A DNA stretch of 41,542 nucleotides from an uncultured archaeon (GCA_964391005.1 CAYMJB010000001.1:1-41542); one strand, 5' to 3'; counted from the stretch's first letter, positions 1 to 8,803 are shown. Notes: generated by a model from the sequence alone, not told the origin. A program made the numbers and translations.

Positions 1-2
1 AC

Positions 3-113
3 CATAGCTCAGCTGACCATGAAATACCTGAAGAACTGAAACAGAGTGTTAGAGAGGAAATCTTAAATAGTACAGATTTCAATGAAGTCAACGTAAAGGA
101 TAAACAGAACTAG
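3..113 (+). CDS. 3' end of a hypothetical acidic protein (truncated by the window edge)
   Basis: Open frame from position 3 reads HSSADHEIPEELKQSVREEILNSTDFNEVNVKDKQN and ends at TAG 111-113. Confidence 0.55.
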   Translation, partial: HSSADHEIPEELKQSVREEILNSTDFNEVNVKDKQN

Positions 114-251
114 GACTCTCAAGAGATATATTCTGTTCAAATCCAGTAATATTAGATTTTTTATTTGTAAGTACCTGCGGATTTAAGCCTTACATCATGA
201 CTGTGCGTTCACTGGGAAAGACTTAAGTTCTGATAAGTGCACAATGTAGGC

Positions 252-1325
252 ATGGGCGTTCCTGAAGAGCTAAAACACGATGAAGATGAAGTTAATTCTA
301 TCATAAAACAAGAAAGAGATATTCAAGGTCATATAGACCAAGTCTCCAAGAGATTAGAGAAGTTAGAGAATATGGAGAAAAAGGCTGAGAAATATAAGGA
401 AAAGGGCCAAGATACGAAGGCTGAAAAGCTAGAGGAGGAAATCGCCAATTTGAATAGGCAGATACTAGACAAAGATTTTGAGCAGATAGTAAGACAAATT
501 AGGAAGGGTGAGGAAGAAACAGGCCAAATCCTCAGTAATATGCCAGTTGAAGAAATAGATGTAGGTGAGATGAAGCGACTACCAGAGATTGCTCAAGTGA
601 TCGAGGAACATTTCAAGCCGAAACAGGATCTTGGCAATCCGGAGAGCAATCTCTATAGCTCAGGAGAGCCTGAGATAGCCCCAAACCCGGAAGCACAACG
701 AGGAAACAATAATTATCCAAGTCAAAGAGTCTCAAATAAGTATGACGAAATGCAGGGAAGAAATCTACAAGAGGAGGAAGTTATTGTTCTCCAAAAGCTG
801 AACGCTGGGACACATTGGTACAATTATCCAGGATCTATTCACGAGGTGGAAGTTCTAGGAGACGAAATTATAGAAGACCTCAAATTAGCTAAGAACGAAA
901 TTGAAGAACTAGAGCATGAAGTCGAAGAGGACGAAGAGGTGGTCGAGAGAGCCAAAAGAACCTCAGATGATGAAAACGTCAAAAAAGAAGAACAGTCTGA
1001 GGAGAATGATCTTAGGGAGGCAGAAGAAGCAATCAATGAGATGAGAAGCAAATTAGAAGAGTTAATTGAGCATCATCAAAAGGAACAGGAGAGATTATCG
1101 GAATACAAGAGCCATTTGGAAGAATTTAGTGAAGCTGCTCAGGAATCTCTACGGTTCGTTGAGAGTGTTATGTCCTACATAGAGAAGTTTAGAGAAAGTA
1201 GTAGAAGGGACGAAGATTTAGAAAAACATATCAAAAAAATCATGGCTCAAAACCCAGATTCGCTGGCCGAGGAGCTGGAAACAGCCATAGAATATTCCGA
1301 AAAAGCACAAAAAAGAGGGCAGTAG
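252..1325 (+). CDS. Hypothetical acidic coiled-coil protein
   Basis: Long E/K/Q-rich helical ORF with a central low-complexity P/N/S linker. ATG 252 is preferred over GTG 237. No recognisable motif. Confidence 0.75.
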   Translation: MGVPEELKHDEDEVNSIIKQERDIQGHIDQVSKRLEKLENMEKKAEKYKEKGQDTKAEKLEEEIANLNRQILDKDFEQIVRQIRKGEEETGQILSNMPVEEIDVGEMKRLPEIAQVIEEHFKPKQDLGNPESNLYSSGEPEIAPNPEAQRGNNNYPSQRVSNKYDEMQGRNLQEEEVIVLQKLNAGTHWYNYPGSIHEVEVLGDEIIEDLKLAKNEIEELEHEVEEDEEVVERAKRTSDDENVKKEEQSEENDLREAEEAINEMRSKLEELIEHHQKEQERLSEYKSHLEEFSEAAQESLRFVESVMSYIEKFRESSRRDEDLEKHIKKIMAQNPDSLAEELETAIEYSEKAQKRGQ

Positions 1326-1490
1326 TGGAATAGCTGTAAGCTTAAATAGAATCAAGAAAGATTCCTTCTCTTTTTGTTTGTCGTCTACAAAATCAAGCTT
1401 AAGGCCCTCAAACACAGTTCAGCGCCAGATTTTAGGCATTTTTATATACCTTGGTGATAACAACACATTATAGGGTAGGGTTGAATTGCT

Positions 1491-2582
1491 ATGAATCAAA
1501 ACGAGGCTCAAAGCACTGGCAGATCAGGGAATCAAAACCACGATATCGACAGCGAACTAGAAGACCTTATTGAGAAGAGAAAGGCAGAAATCAAGGTTGT
1601 AGGAACCGGCGGCGCCGGAAACAACACCATATCCCGCCTCGTAGACGTCGGAATAGAAGGATGCGACACGATCGCAATGAATACTGACGCACAAGATCTT
1701 CTATACGCAAACGCCGACAAGAAAGTACTAATTGGAAAAGAACTAACCGGCGGACTTGGTGCAGGAGCCGACCCTAAGGTAGGAGAAGAAAGCGCAAAAG
1801 AAAGCCAGCAGAAGGTAAAAAGCTCCATCAAAGGCGCAGACATGGTATTCATCACCTGCGGCCTCGGAGGAGGAACCGGAACAGGAAGTGCACCTGTTAT
1901 AGCAGAGCAAGCCAAAAAACAGGACGCACTGACAGTAGGAATAGTCACCTTGCCATTTGAAATGGAAGGACAGAGCAGACAGGAAAACGCAGAATACGGG
2001 CTGGAAAGACTTGAAGAAGTCGTTGACACACTAATCGTAATACCAAACGACAAGCTCCTTGAAATAGTCCCAGACGTATCCCTAAACACAGCATTCAAGA
2101 TCGCAGACGAAATCCTCGTAAACGCAGTCAAAGGAGTAACCGAACTAGTTACGAAGCCAGGACTTGTCAACCTTGACTTCGCAGACATCCGCGCAGTTAT
2201 GGGCGAAGGAGGAATCGCCATGATAGGAATGGGTCAGTCAAACACTGACTCACGGGCAACAGAGGCAGTCCAGAAAGCGCTCTCAAATCCTCTCCTCGAC
2301 GTAGAAATAGAAGGAGGAAAGGGAGCCCTAGTAAACGTAAACGGAGGAACAGGACTGTCATTAAACGAGGCACAGGAAGTCGTAAACACTGTCTCAGGAA
2401 AACTCTCAGACTCCGCAAAGATTATCTGGGGAGCACAAGTCAGAGAAGACATGGACGACTCACTTCAAGCCATGATAATCGTCACAGGCGTAGACTCCCC
2501 ACAGATCTACGGACCTGACAACACACACCAAGACGAGTACGAAGATGAGATAGAGGAAGAGCTTGGAGTAGAATTCATCTAG
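1491..2582 (+). CDS. ftsZ: Cell division protein FtsZ (FtsZ1-like by its position before secE)
   Basis: Motifs GGAGNN, NTDAQDL, the tubulin signature GGGTGTG and the T7 loop NLDFAD. Archaeal ftsZ-secE-spt5 synteny. Confidence 0.98.
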   Translation: MNQNEAQSTGRSGNQNHDIDSELEDLIEKRKAEIKVVGTGGAGNNTISRLVDVGIEGCDTIAMNTDAQDLLYANADKKVLIGKELTGGLGAGADPKVGEESAKESQQKVKSSIKGADMVFITCGLGGGTGTGSAPVIAEQAKKQDALTVGIVTLPFEMEGQSRQENAEYGLERLEEVVDTLIVIPNDKLLEIVPDVSLNTAFKIADEILVNAVKGVTELVTKPGLVNLDFADIRAVMGEGGIAMIGMGQSNTDSRATEAVQKALSNPLLDVEIEGGKGALVNVNGGTGLSLNEAQEVVNTVSGKLSDSAKIIWGAQVREDMDDSLQAMIIVTGVDSPQIYGPDNTHQDEYEDEIEEELGVEFI

Positions 2583-2675
2583 AAGAGCTCTCACAGCTCT
2601 CAATTAAACCACGAGAGGCAACTTTCCAGCCTCCCGGATTCTCTTTATAAAATTTGGCAGAGACCTAATACTTAA

Positions 2676-2771
2676 CCCGTTATACCACCTCAGGTGGAAG
2701 GGAACCAAGGCTCGTCACCAAGATAGCCCAGTTCTACTTCTAACCAGAGGGAAACGAGGTAAAAAACCCTT
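2676..2771 (+). promoter_or_regulatory. Structured 5' leader of the secE-spt5-rpl11-rpl1-rpl10 operon
   Basis: Hairpin CCACC(2685-89)/GGTGG(2693-97). Imperfect long hairpin GAAG-G-GAAC-CAA-GGCT...AGCC-CA-GTTC-TA-CTTC (2697-2740). SD-like GAGGT 2756-60. TATA candidates TTTATAAA 2644-51 and CTTAAC 2671-76. Confidence 0.4.
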
Positions 2772-2996
2772 ATGGACCTTAGCATAGAAAAAATAAAGAA
2801 CTCTCTAACGGAAACCAGACAAGGTATAGTAGACAAGTTCAAAGAAACCAAGAGAGTTCTGAAGATAACCGAGAAACCCGACAGAGAGGAATTCTCCATG
2901 TCAGCAAAAGTAACAGGTGCAGGAATGGTTATCATAGGTCTAGTAGGATTCATCTTCTACCTCGCATCAACACTACTACCGCAGATCTTGGGATGA
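2772..2996 (+). CDS. secE: Protein translocase subunit SecE (Sec61 gamma)
   Basis: RVLKITEKPDREEF motif followed by one TM helix; lies between ftsZ and spt5. Confidence 0.95.
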   Translation: MDLSIEKIKNSLTETRQGIVDKFKETKRVLKITEKPDREEFSMSAKVTGAGMVIIGLVGFIFYLASTLLPQILG

Positions 2997-3002
2997 TATA
3001 GA

Positions 3003-3440
3003 ATGATACTTACAGCCAGGACAACACGTGGAAGAGAAAAAACAGCCATCGAATCACTCAGAAGTAAAATCGAAAACAACAGCAGAGACATAAAAGCTGT
3101 ATTCCACCCAGAAGACCTCAAAGGATACATTTTCATAGAAGGAAAAGAAGCAGACATCAGAGACCTGGCCAGTGACGTAAGAAACATTAACGGAATAATA
3201 GACGAAGAAGTAGGCGTCGAAGAAGTAGAGAAATACCTCAACGACGAACAAGAGGAAATCAAGATCGAAGAAGGAGACGAAGTAGAAGTTATCGGAGGAG
3301 CCTTCAAAGGCGAAGAAGCCAAGATCACACGTGTCGATGAGCCCAACCGAGAGGTAACAATAGAGCTCCTTGACGCAGCAGTACCAATACCTACCACAGT
3401 AGACGCAGACATGGTAAGAAAGAGAGCAAGCCAAAACTAA
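3003..3440 (+). CDS. spt5: Transcription elongation factor Spt5/NusG
   Basis: NGN domain (LKGYIFIE) and KOW motif (GDEVEVIGGAFKGEEAKI). Confidence 0.96.
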   Translation: MILTARTTRGREKTAIESLRSKIENNSRDIKAVFHPEDLKGYIFIEGKEADIRDLASDVRNINGIIDEEVGVEEVEKYLNDEQEEIKIEEGDEVEVIGGAFKGEEAKITRVDEPNREVTIELLDAAVPIPTTVDADMVRKRASQN

Positions 3441-3479
3441 ACTTAACTTCAAGCAAAAAACTAACGAGGAAACGATATT

Positions 3480-3980
3480 ATGGGAGATAACACTACCATC
3501 AGCACATTGGTAGAAGGAGGATCAGCATCCGCTGGACCTCCGCTAGGACCAGAACTAGGACCACTCCCTACAGACGTAGGAGAAGTGGTCAGCAAAATCA
3601 ACGAAAAAACCTCAGAATTTGAAGGACAGGAAGTGCCTGTAGACGTTATAGTAGATGAAGAAACAGGAGACTTCGAAGTCGAAGTCGGAAAACCTCCTGC
3701 AGCAGGCCTAATCAAGGAAGAGGTCGGCATCGAGTCAGGAGCAGCAGAACCAAACAACGAAAAGGTTGCTGACATGTCCTTCGACCAGCTCTGCAAAGTC
3801 GCACGCATGAAGGCCTCGGATCTAGTCGCCAAGGACCTTCACGGTGCAGCGAAAGAAATCGCAGGCACGGCCCAGTCAATGGGAGTTCAGATCGACGGTA
3901 AAGATGCCTACGATTTCCAGCAGGAAGTATCTGAAGGAAAATACGACGACAAAATACAGGCCGCAGAGGGCCTCAACTAG
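3480..3980 (+). CDS. rpl11: 50S ribosomal protein uL11
   Basis: GGSASAGPPLGPELGP and GTAQSMGV motifs; operon context. Confidence 0.97.
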   Translation: MGDNTTISTLVEGGSASAGPPLGPELGPLPTDVGEVVSKINEKTSEFEGQEVPVDVIVDEETGDFEVEVGKPPAAGLIKEEVGIESGAAEPNNEKVADMSFDQLCKVARMKASDLVAKDLHGAAKEIAGTAQSMGVQIDGKDAYDFQQEVSEGKYDDKIQAAEGLN

Positions 3981-3992
3981 AGGTGACAAAGA

Positions 3993-4613
3993 ATGAACTT
4001 TGAAGAAGCAGTAGAAGAAGCAGTTGAAAAATCGGAGGACAGGAACTTTACAGAAAGCATCGACCTTATCATGAACTTTAGAGGACTTGATCTCTCCGAC
4101 CCCAACAACAGGATCAACGATGACCTGAAGCTGCCAAACCAGGCAGATGAAAGCATCAAGATCGCAGTAATCGGAGACTCACTAAACACCAGCAACGCCG
4201 ACCGACAGATAACAGAGGACGAGCTCGAGGAAATGTTTGACGAACCCAACAAGGCAAAAACTCTGGCAGATGAGTTCACATTCCTGATTGCAGAGGCACC
4301 ATTGATGCCTAAGATCGGGCAACAACTTGGACAGGTATTCGGACCAAGAAACATGATGCCTGATCCAACCCCGCCAGGAAGCGATCTTGAGGACGAGATT
4401 GAAGACCTGCGAAACACTGTCTCACTGACAGTCAAGGAACAGCCTCTACTGCAGATCAAGGTAGGAAAGGAGGATCACGAAGCTGACTCAGTCGCAAGGA
4501 ATGCCAGCACTGTCTACAACTTTGTAAGGGACAACCTTCCAGAAGGCCAGAACAACATCAAAAACGCCATGATAAAAACCACAATGGGTCCGTCAGTGGA
4601 GGTAGATAACTAA
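3993..4613 (+). CDS. rpl1: 50S ribosomal protein uL1
   Basis: RNFTESIDL, GPRNMMP and KTTMGP motifs; SD GAGGTGA upstream. Confidence 0.97.
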   Translation: MNFEEAVEEAVEKSEDRNFTESIDLIMNFRGLDLSDPNNRINDDLKLPNQADESIKIAVIGDSLNTSNADRQITEDELEEMFDEPNKAKTLADEFTFLIAEAPLMPKIGQQLGQVFGPRNMMPDPTPPGSDLEDEIEDLRNTVSLTVKEQPLLQIKVGKEDHEADSVARNASTVYNFVRDNLPEGQNNIKNAMIKTTMGPSVEVDN

Positions 4614-5530
4614 TGGTACAGCCAAAGCCAAAGAACCTGACACGTGAGCAGAAGGAGGCAAAGGTTGAAGAGTTCGAACAGGCAATTCAGGAGCACAAGG
4701 TCATCGGAATCCTTGATATGCAGAGCCTTCCAGCCAGACAGCTCCAAGAGATAGAAAGGGAGATAGAAGAGTTTGCAGACATCAAGATGAGCAGGAAGAC
4801 TTTGATGGATATTGCGCTGGAAAATATAGAGAAAGAAGGTATCGACCACCTTGATACAGACGAGGCTATGCAGCCAGCATTCATCTTCTCTACAAAAGAT
4901 CCTTTCCAGCTCTACAGCTTAATTCAGGACAATCAGACCTCGGCCGCAGCCGACGGAGGCGAAATCGCTCCAAACGACATCGAGGTACCTGAAGGAGACA
5001 CAGGAATCGGACCAGGACCTATGCTTGGAAAACTACAGCAGACAGGAGCACAGGTACAGGTACAAGACGGTAGCATCCATGTAATGGAGCCGGCAACAAT
5101 GGTTGAAGCAGGAGAAGAAATAACCTCAGACGACGCAGAAATCCTCAACCAACTAGGAATCGAACCACTTCAGATTGGACTCGACCTAGTCATCGCATAC
5201 AACGATGGAGAAGTTTTCAACGCCGAGGAACTCGACATCGATACAGAACAGTACAGACAGGACATCGAGTCAGCAGCCACAGCAGGATTCAACCTTGCAG
5301 TCAACGCAGGAGTTGTCAACGAAACAACAGCTTCAGCAATAATCAGCGAAGCAGCTCAGAAGGCGAAGAACCTTGCAATCAGCGAAGGACTTCCAGAAGA
5401 AGAAACAATCGAAGAAGCAGTAAGCTACGCACATTCAGCAGCACAGTCAGTTGACTCAGAAACAGACATTGAAGCAGCCAAAGAAGACCTCCAAGAAGAC
5501 GAAGAAGCTGAATCCGAAGAAGAGGAATAA
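4613..5530 (+). CDS. rpl10: 50S ribosomal protein uL10/P0
   Basis: PARQLQEI, GDTGIGPGP and LNQLGIEP motifs; TAATG overlap with rpl1; acidic tail. Confidence 0.96.
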   Translation: MVQPKPKNLTREQKEAKVEEFEQAIQEHKVIGILDMQSLPARQLQEIEREIEEFADIKMSRKTLMDIALENIEKEGIDHLDTDEAMQPAFIFSTKDPFQLYSLIQDNQTSAAADGGEIAPNDIEVPEGDTGIGPGPMLGKLQQTGAQVQVQDGSIHVMEPATMVEAGEEITSDDAEILNQLGIEPLQIGLDLVIAYNDGEVFNAEELDIDTEQYRQDIESAATAGFNLAVNAGVVNETTASAIISEAAQKAKNLAISEGLPEEETIEEAVSYAHSAAQSVDSETDIEAAKEDLQEDEEAESEEEE

Positions 5531-5572
5531 CCTCCCTCTTTTCTTCTCACATATTTTTTCTCTTTTCATTTA
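5531..5572 (+). terminator. Pyrimidine/T-rich archaeal-type terminator after rpl10
   Basis: CCTCCCTCTTTTCTTCTC...ATTTTTTTCTCTTTTC directly after the stop codon. Confidence 0.45.
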
Positions 5573-5678
5573 CTAATTCTCATCGAAAACATGTTTTTTG
5601 ACCCCTCAATAACGTTTGTTCTAGGCCACAAATCTTGTTTTAAACAAAGACTAAACAAAAATTCAACAGACCTCGGAA

Positions 5679-6854
5679 ATGGATACCTCCAAACTCGAAC
5701 GAATGGGAAGACGGCGCTTCATCGAAAACCTCGCTGGAATAGGAGTCTCCGCCACAACACTCCAATACCTCGAACAGGATGAGTTTTCTGATGTAACTCA
5801 CGATCCTGAAGGTGAGATGCCTTATGTGGCTGCATTATTGAATAGTGGTCGTGAAGATGATGGATCAGTCCAAAGAGAGCCAGTTTACGAGACAATATCC
5901 AGAGAAGAATGGGAAAGGAGACAAACTGCTTTTAATGCAAAAGATCAAATTGGAAGATATCTTGAAAGCCTTCCTGGCGAGTATAGAGTTGGAGTAACTA
6001 GTCTTGAAGCTAGTCCTACAGGTTTTGGGGTTACAGTTGGCGTTCCCGAAACCTATGAATCATTAGATAGAGTAGATACTTCAGAAGTAGAAGAAATGTT
6101 GCCTTCAGAACTGACTGGACAAATTCCAAATATAGATGAAGATTTAGAGCATCAAAATATTCCTGTAATAGTAAATGCTGATAAAGATAATCTTACGGAT
6201 GGGTACAACACAAATACTAATTATGAAGAAGTGCCTGCGGGAGTTGCAATCTCTACATCAGTAACCGGCGGGAGTCTTGGAGCACCATTCAATTCTAATG
6301 AACATGGTGACGGGTGGACAACTGCCGGACACGTTGTAAAAGGTTCTCCATTCAGTTCAGGAGATGCTAATACGAACGTATATGAATCCAGTCCTGATCC
6401 TGAAGACTGGATTGGTGAATCTAAAGACGGTTATTTCGATCTCCTAGATCTGGATTATGCATTTGTAGAACCTCTTAAAGATGGTGAAACACCTTCGCAA
6501 TGGATTGTAAGTCCAGATGGATCGTCTAAAGAGTTTCCTATTGGAGGGATTGTAACTAATACTGTTCTTGAGAACAATGTAGGCAACCAAAACTATGAGA
6601 TCTTCGGTCAAGGTGCAAGTTCAGGAAGAGGTAGTGGTCATATAGACTCAGTTAATGGAATCAATGAAACAAGTTCTGTAACAACTACTAATGATATATC
6701 TGATGGTGATTCTGGAGGACCCCTATTCCATGAAATAGGAGGTACGGCATTGATAGCGGGTATCATGTTTGAAGATGTTTCTGCTGGAGCCAAATCAACA
6801 ACAGCTCAAAGAGTTGAAGATGAGTTAGGAGGAAGCTTCTTGGGCTCAATATAG
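5679..6854 (+). CDS. Putative exported trypsin/chymotrypsin-like (PA clan) serine protease with twin-arginine-like N-terminus and pro-region
   Basis: Triad motifs TAGH, DYAFV and GDSGGP; N-terminal MGRRRFIENLAGIGVS resembles a Tat signal. Confidence 0.85.
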   Translation: MDTSKLERMGRRRFIENLAGIGVSATTLQYLEQDEFSDVTHDPEGEMPYVAALLNSGREDDGSVQREPVYETISREEWERRQTAFNAKDQIGRYLESLPGEYRVGVTSLEASPTGFGVTVGVPETYESLDRVDTSEVEEMLPSELTGQIPNIDEDLEHQNIPVIVNADKDNLTDGYNTNTNYEEVPAGVAISTSVTGGSLGAPFNSNEHGDGWTTAGHVVKGSPFSSGDANTNVYESSPDPEDWIGESKDGYFDLLDLDYAFVEPLKDGETPSQWIVSPDGSSKEFPIGGIVTNTVLENNVGNQNYEIFGQGASSGRGSGHIDSVNGINETSSVTTTNDISDGDSGGPLFHEIGGTALIAGIMFEDVSAGAKSTTAQRVEDELGGSFLGSI

Positions 6855-6862
6855 GTCTTAAA

Positions 6863-7696
6863 ATGTCGAAAGATTCATTTTCCGCTTCTACTAGAATAAT
6901 ACTTTATTTTATCACTTCAGCTTTAGTTTTGCCATCATATGATTTTTTCATTGGAATAGTTTTAGGCAGAACTGAAATATTTGGAGTTTCAGATCCTTTT
7001 TCCGTGATTATTAGCTTTATATCCTCTCTATGCTTCTTCATTTTCTTAGAAAAAATCCTAGAGAACAAAATGTACTTTACAGCTATAATCTTATGTTTGT
7101 CGGCATTAGCACTCCCCGTAGTTTATATGCAGATTCCTGTACAGTTTGGTGATAGGCCTCTAATATACATAACGCCCACCATACTAGGCGTGTTAGTAGC
7201 TTTCCTAGAATCTTTTTATAGGAAAAATTGGCGGGAAATAGAAATCGAAGACTGGAAAACTGAAAGGTCTGTACAGATAGGGATATTACACAGCATTCTA
7301 GCAATCGAGATGTACGTTATAAATCGCGGTATCAACTTCACACACCTAGCCTCCGAATTAGCAAGAACCGGAACTCTTTGGAGTTATCTATTCGTCATAA
7401 TCCGTCAACTAATTGTGATTCCGCTTAATTTCATTATAGCTGCTGCGCCGATCTATTTTTACCAAAAGAAAAAATTGAAAACCCCTCTAGCAGTCTTCTT
7501 TACCTGGTTCTCAATAGGAGCAATTCTATTCATTCTAAAATGGGATGAGTACCCGGTATCACTTCTAAGCGGTGGTATAGGGATTTTCCCACCGCAACCT
7601 GATTACCTACTAAGACCGTGGCTGCCTTTAATATTAATAATAGTCTCGTGGAAACTTGAAGAAAGTTATAGAGGAGAAAAGGAGGACTCAGCCTAA
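6863..7696 (+). CDS. Multi-pass membrane protein (about 7-8 TM), likely co-transcribed with the protease
   Basis: Hydrophobic 277-aa ORF starting 8 nt after the protease stop; AT-rich. Confidence 0.8.
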   Translation: MSKDSFSASTRIILYFITSALVLPSYDFFIGIVLGRTEIFGVSDPFSVIISFISSLCFFIFLEKILENKMYFTAIILCLSALALPVVYMQIPVQFGDRPLIYITPTILGVLVAFLESFYRKNWREIEIEDWKTERSVQIGILHSILAIEMYVINRGINFTHLASELARTGTLWSYLFVIIRQLIVIPLNFIIAAAPIYFYQKKKLKTPLAVFFTWFSIGAILFILKWDEYPVSLLSGGIGIFPPQPDYLLRPWLPLILIIVSWKLEESYRGEKEDSA

Positions 7697-8421
7697 TTTC
7701 CCTGACTTCCTACGAGATTTCTGACTTTACTGGATTCTTCTGCCATTAACCGAGTTATCTTCTCTGAATCCCTTTTCTCCAGTGCCAGCTCGAAGTTTTT
7801 CTCACGCGAGAAAATTTCTTCCTCGAAATCTTTGACAGGAATTTCTCTATCTTCAAGTAAAATTTTTCCGTCGTGAATTTTCCCAGTTTCATCTACCAGT
7901 GCACCAAGATCTTCCTCAAAATCTATGCCGAGGAAAAGTTCATGCAGGAACTTGGGATATCTTAATTCAAATCTTGAATCGCGGGAATAAATTTTGTATT
8001 CGACTTCTCCGGGTTTCTCTAGCAATTCTGAAAATCTCTCCGCTAGACCTTTCTCCTGTGTGATATAGATAGGTGTGCCGTCGAAGTTCTCTTTGACAGA
8101 AAACCTTACTCTTGTCAGGAGTTCCTCAGAAATCTCGAGCGGAAAGTTTGGATTTTCGATTTTTCCACTTGATCCTGGACCTTTGAGCGTAACTATCTCA
8201 TCTGTATTATTCTCTCCCATTACTCGGCGCACAAAGTTTACAGGAAGCGCGAGATCTTTGCTTTTCCAGTTGTAGATTTTTGATTGGGAGTACTCAAACC
8301 CTTCTGCAAATTTCTTTACGCCTCCGAACTCATCAACCCTGTGCCAGAGCTCGTCTTTACCTGGCTGAGTCAGTTCAAGCCTTAGGGTTCCTGATATATC
8401 AGAAAGTTTTATTCGGGGCAT
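7693..8421 (-). CDS. Hypothetical protein with N-terminal HTH-like segment and degenerate LAGLIDADG-like region
   Basis: HTH-like GGVKKFAEGFEYSQSKIYNWK. FPLEISEELL...YITQEKGLAERFSELLEK resembles intein-type endonuclease blocks but has no GDG motif. Confidence 0.7.
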   Translation of the reverse strand: MPRIKLSDISGTLRLELTQPGKDELWHRVDEFGGVKKFAEGFEYSQSKIYNWKSKDLALPVNFVRRVMGENNTDEIVTLKGPGSSGKIENPNFPLEISEELLTRVRFSVKENFDGTPIYITQEKGLAERFSELLEKPGEVEYKIYSRDSRFELRYPKFLHELFLGIDFEEDLGALVDETGKIHDGKILLEDREIPVKDFEEEIFSREKNFELALEKRDSEKITRLMAEESSKVRNLVGSQGN

Positions 8422-8491
8422 CTATAATGATCTATGCAGCAGATGTTTTTAAGGGTTGACCACCTTTCTATGAGTATTGGTGAATTAGATT

Positions 8492-8803
8492 ATGGAACTT
8501 GTTTACGCAGCACTGACGCTTGATGAGGCCGGGAAAGAAGTCAATGAAGGGAACCTCCAAGAAATTGTCGACGCAGTAGACCTAGACGTCGAAGACTCAG
8601 AGGTTTCCGCGCTCGTAGCAGCCTTAGAAGATGTTGATATCGAAGAAGCAATGGAAACAGCAGTAGCAGGCGGAGCAGCAGCTCCAGCAGGCGGTTCTTC
8701 AGACGATTCAGCTGACGAAGAAGAAGCAGAAGAAGAGGAAGAGGAAGAAGAGGACGAAGCTGACGAAGAAGAAGCAGCTGAAGGACTAGGAAACATGTTC
8801 TAG
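8492..8803 (+). CDS. rpl12: 50S ribosomal stalk protein P1/aL12
   Basis: MELVYAALTL start, Ala/Glu-rich hinge and C-terminal EGLGNMF. Own TATA TTTTTAAG 8446-53 and SD GGTGA 8479-83. Confidence 0.97.
   Translation: MELVYAALTLDEAGKEVNEGNLQEIVDAVDLDVEDSEVSALVAALEDVDIEEAMETAVAGGAAAPAGGSSDDSADEEEAEEEEEEEEDEADEEEAAEGLGNMF

Noticed and set aside
5632..5662. TAAACAAAAA upstream of the protease gene, resembling the chaperone promoter element
   Set aside because: Lacks the ACR prefix and the spacing from the TATA tract; A-rich matches of this length are expected by chance.
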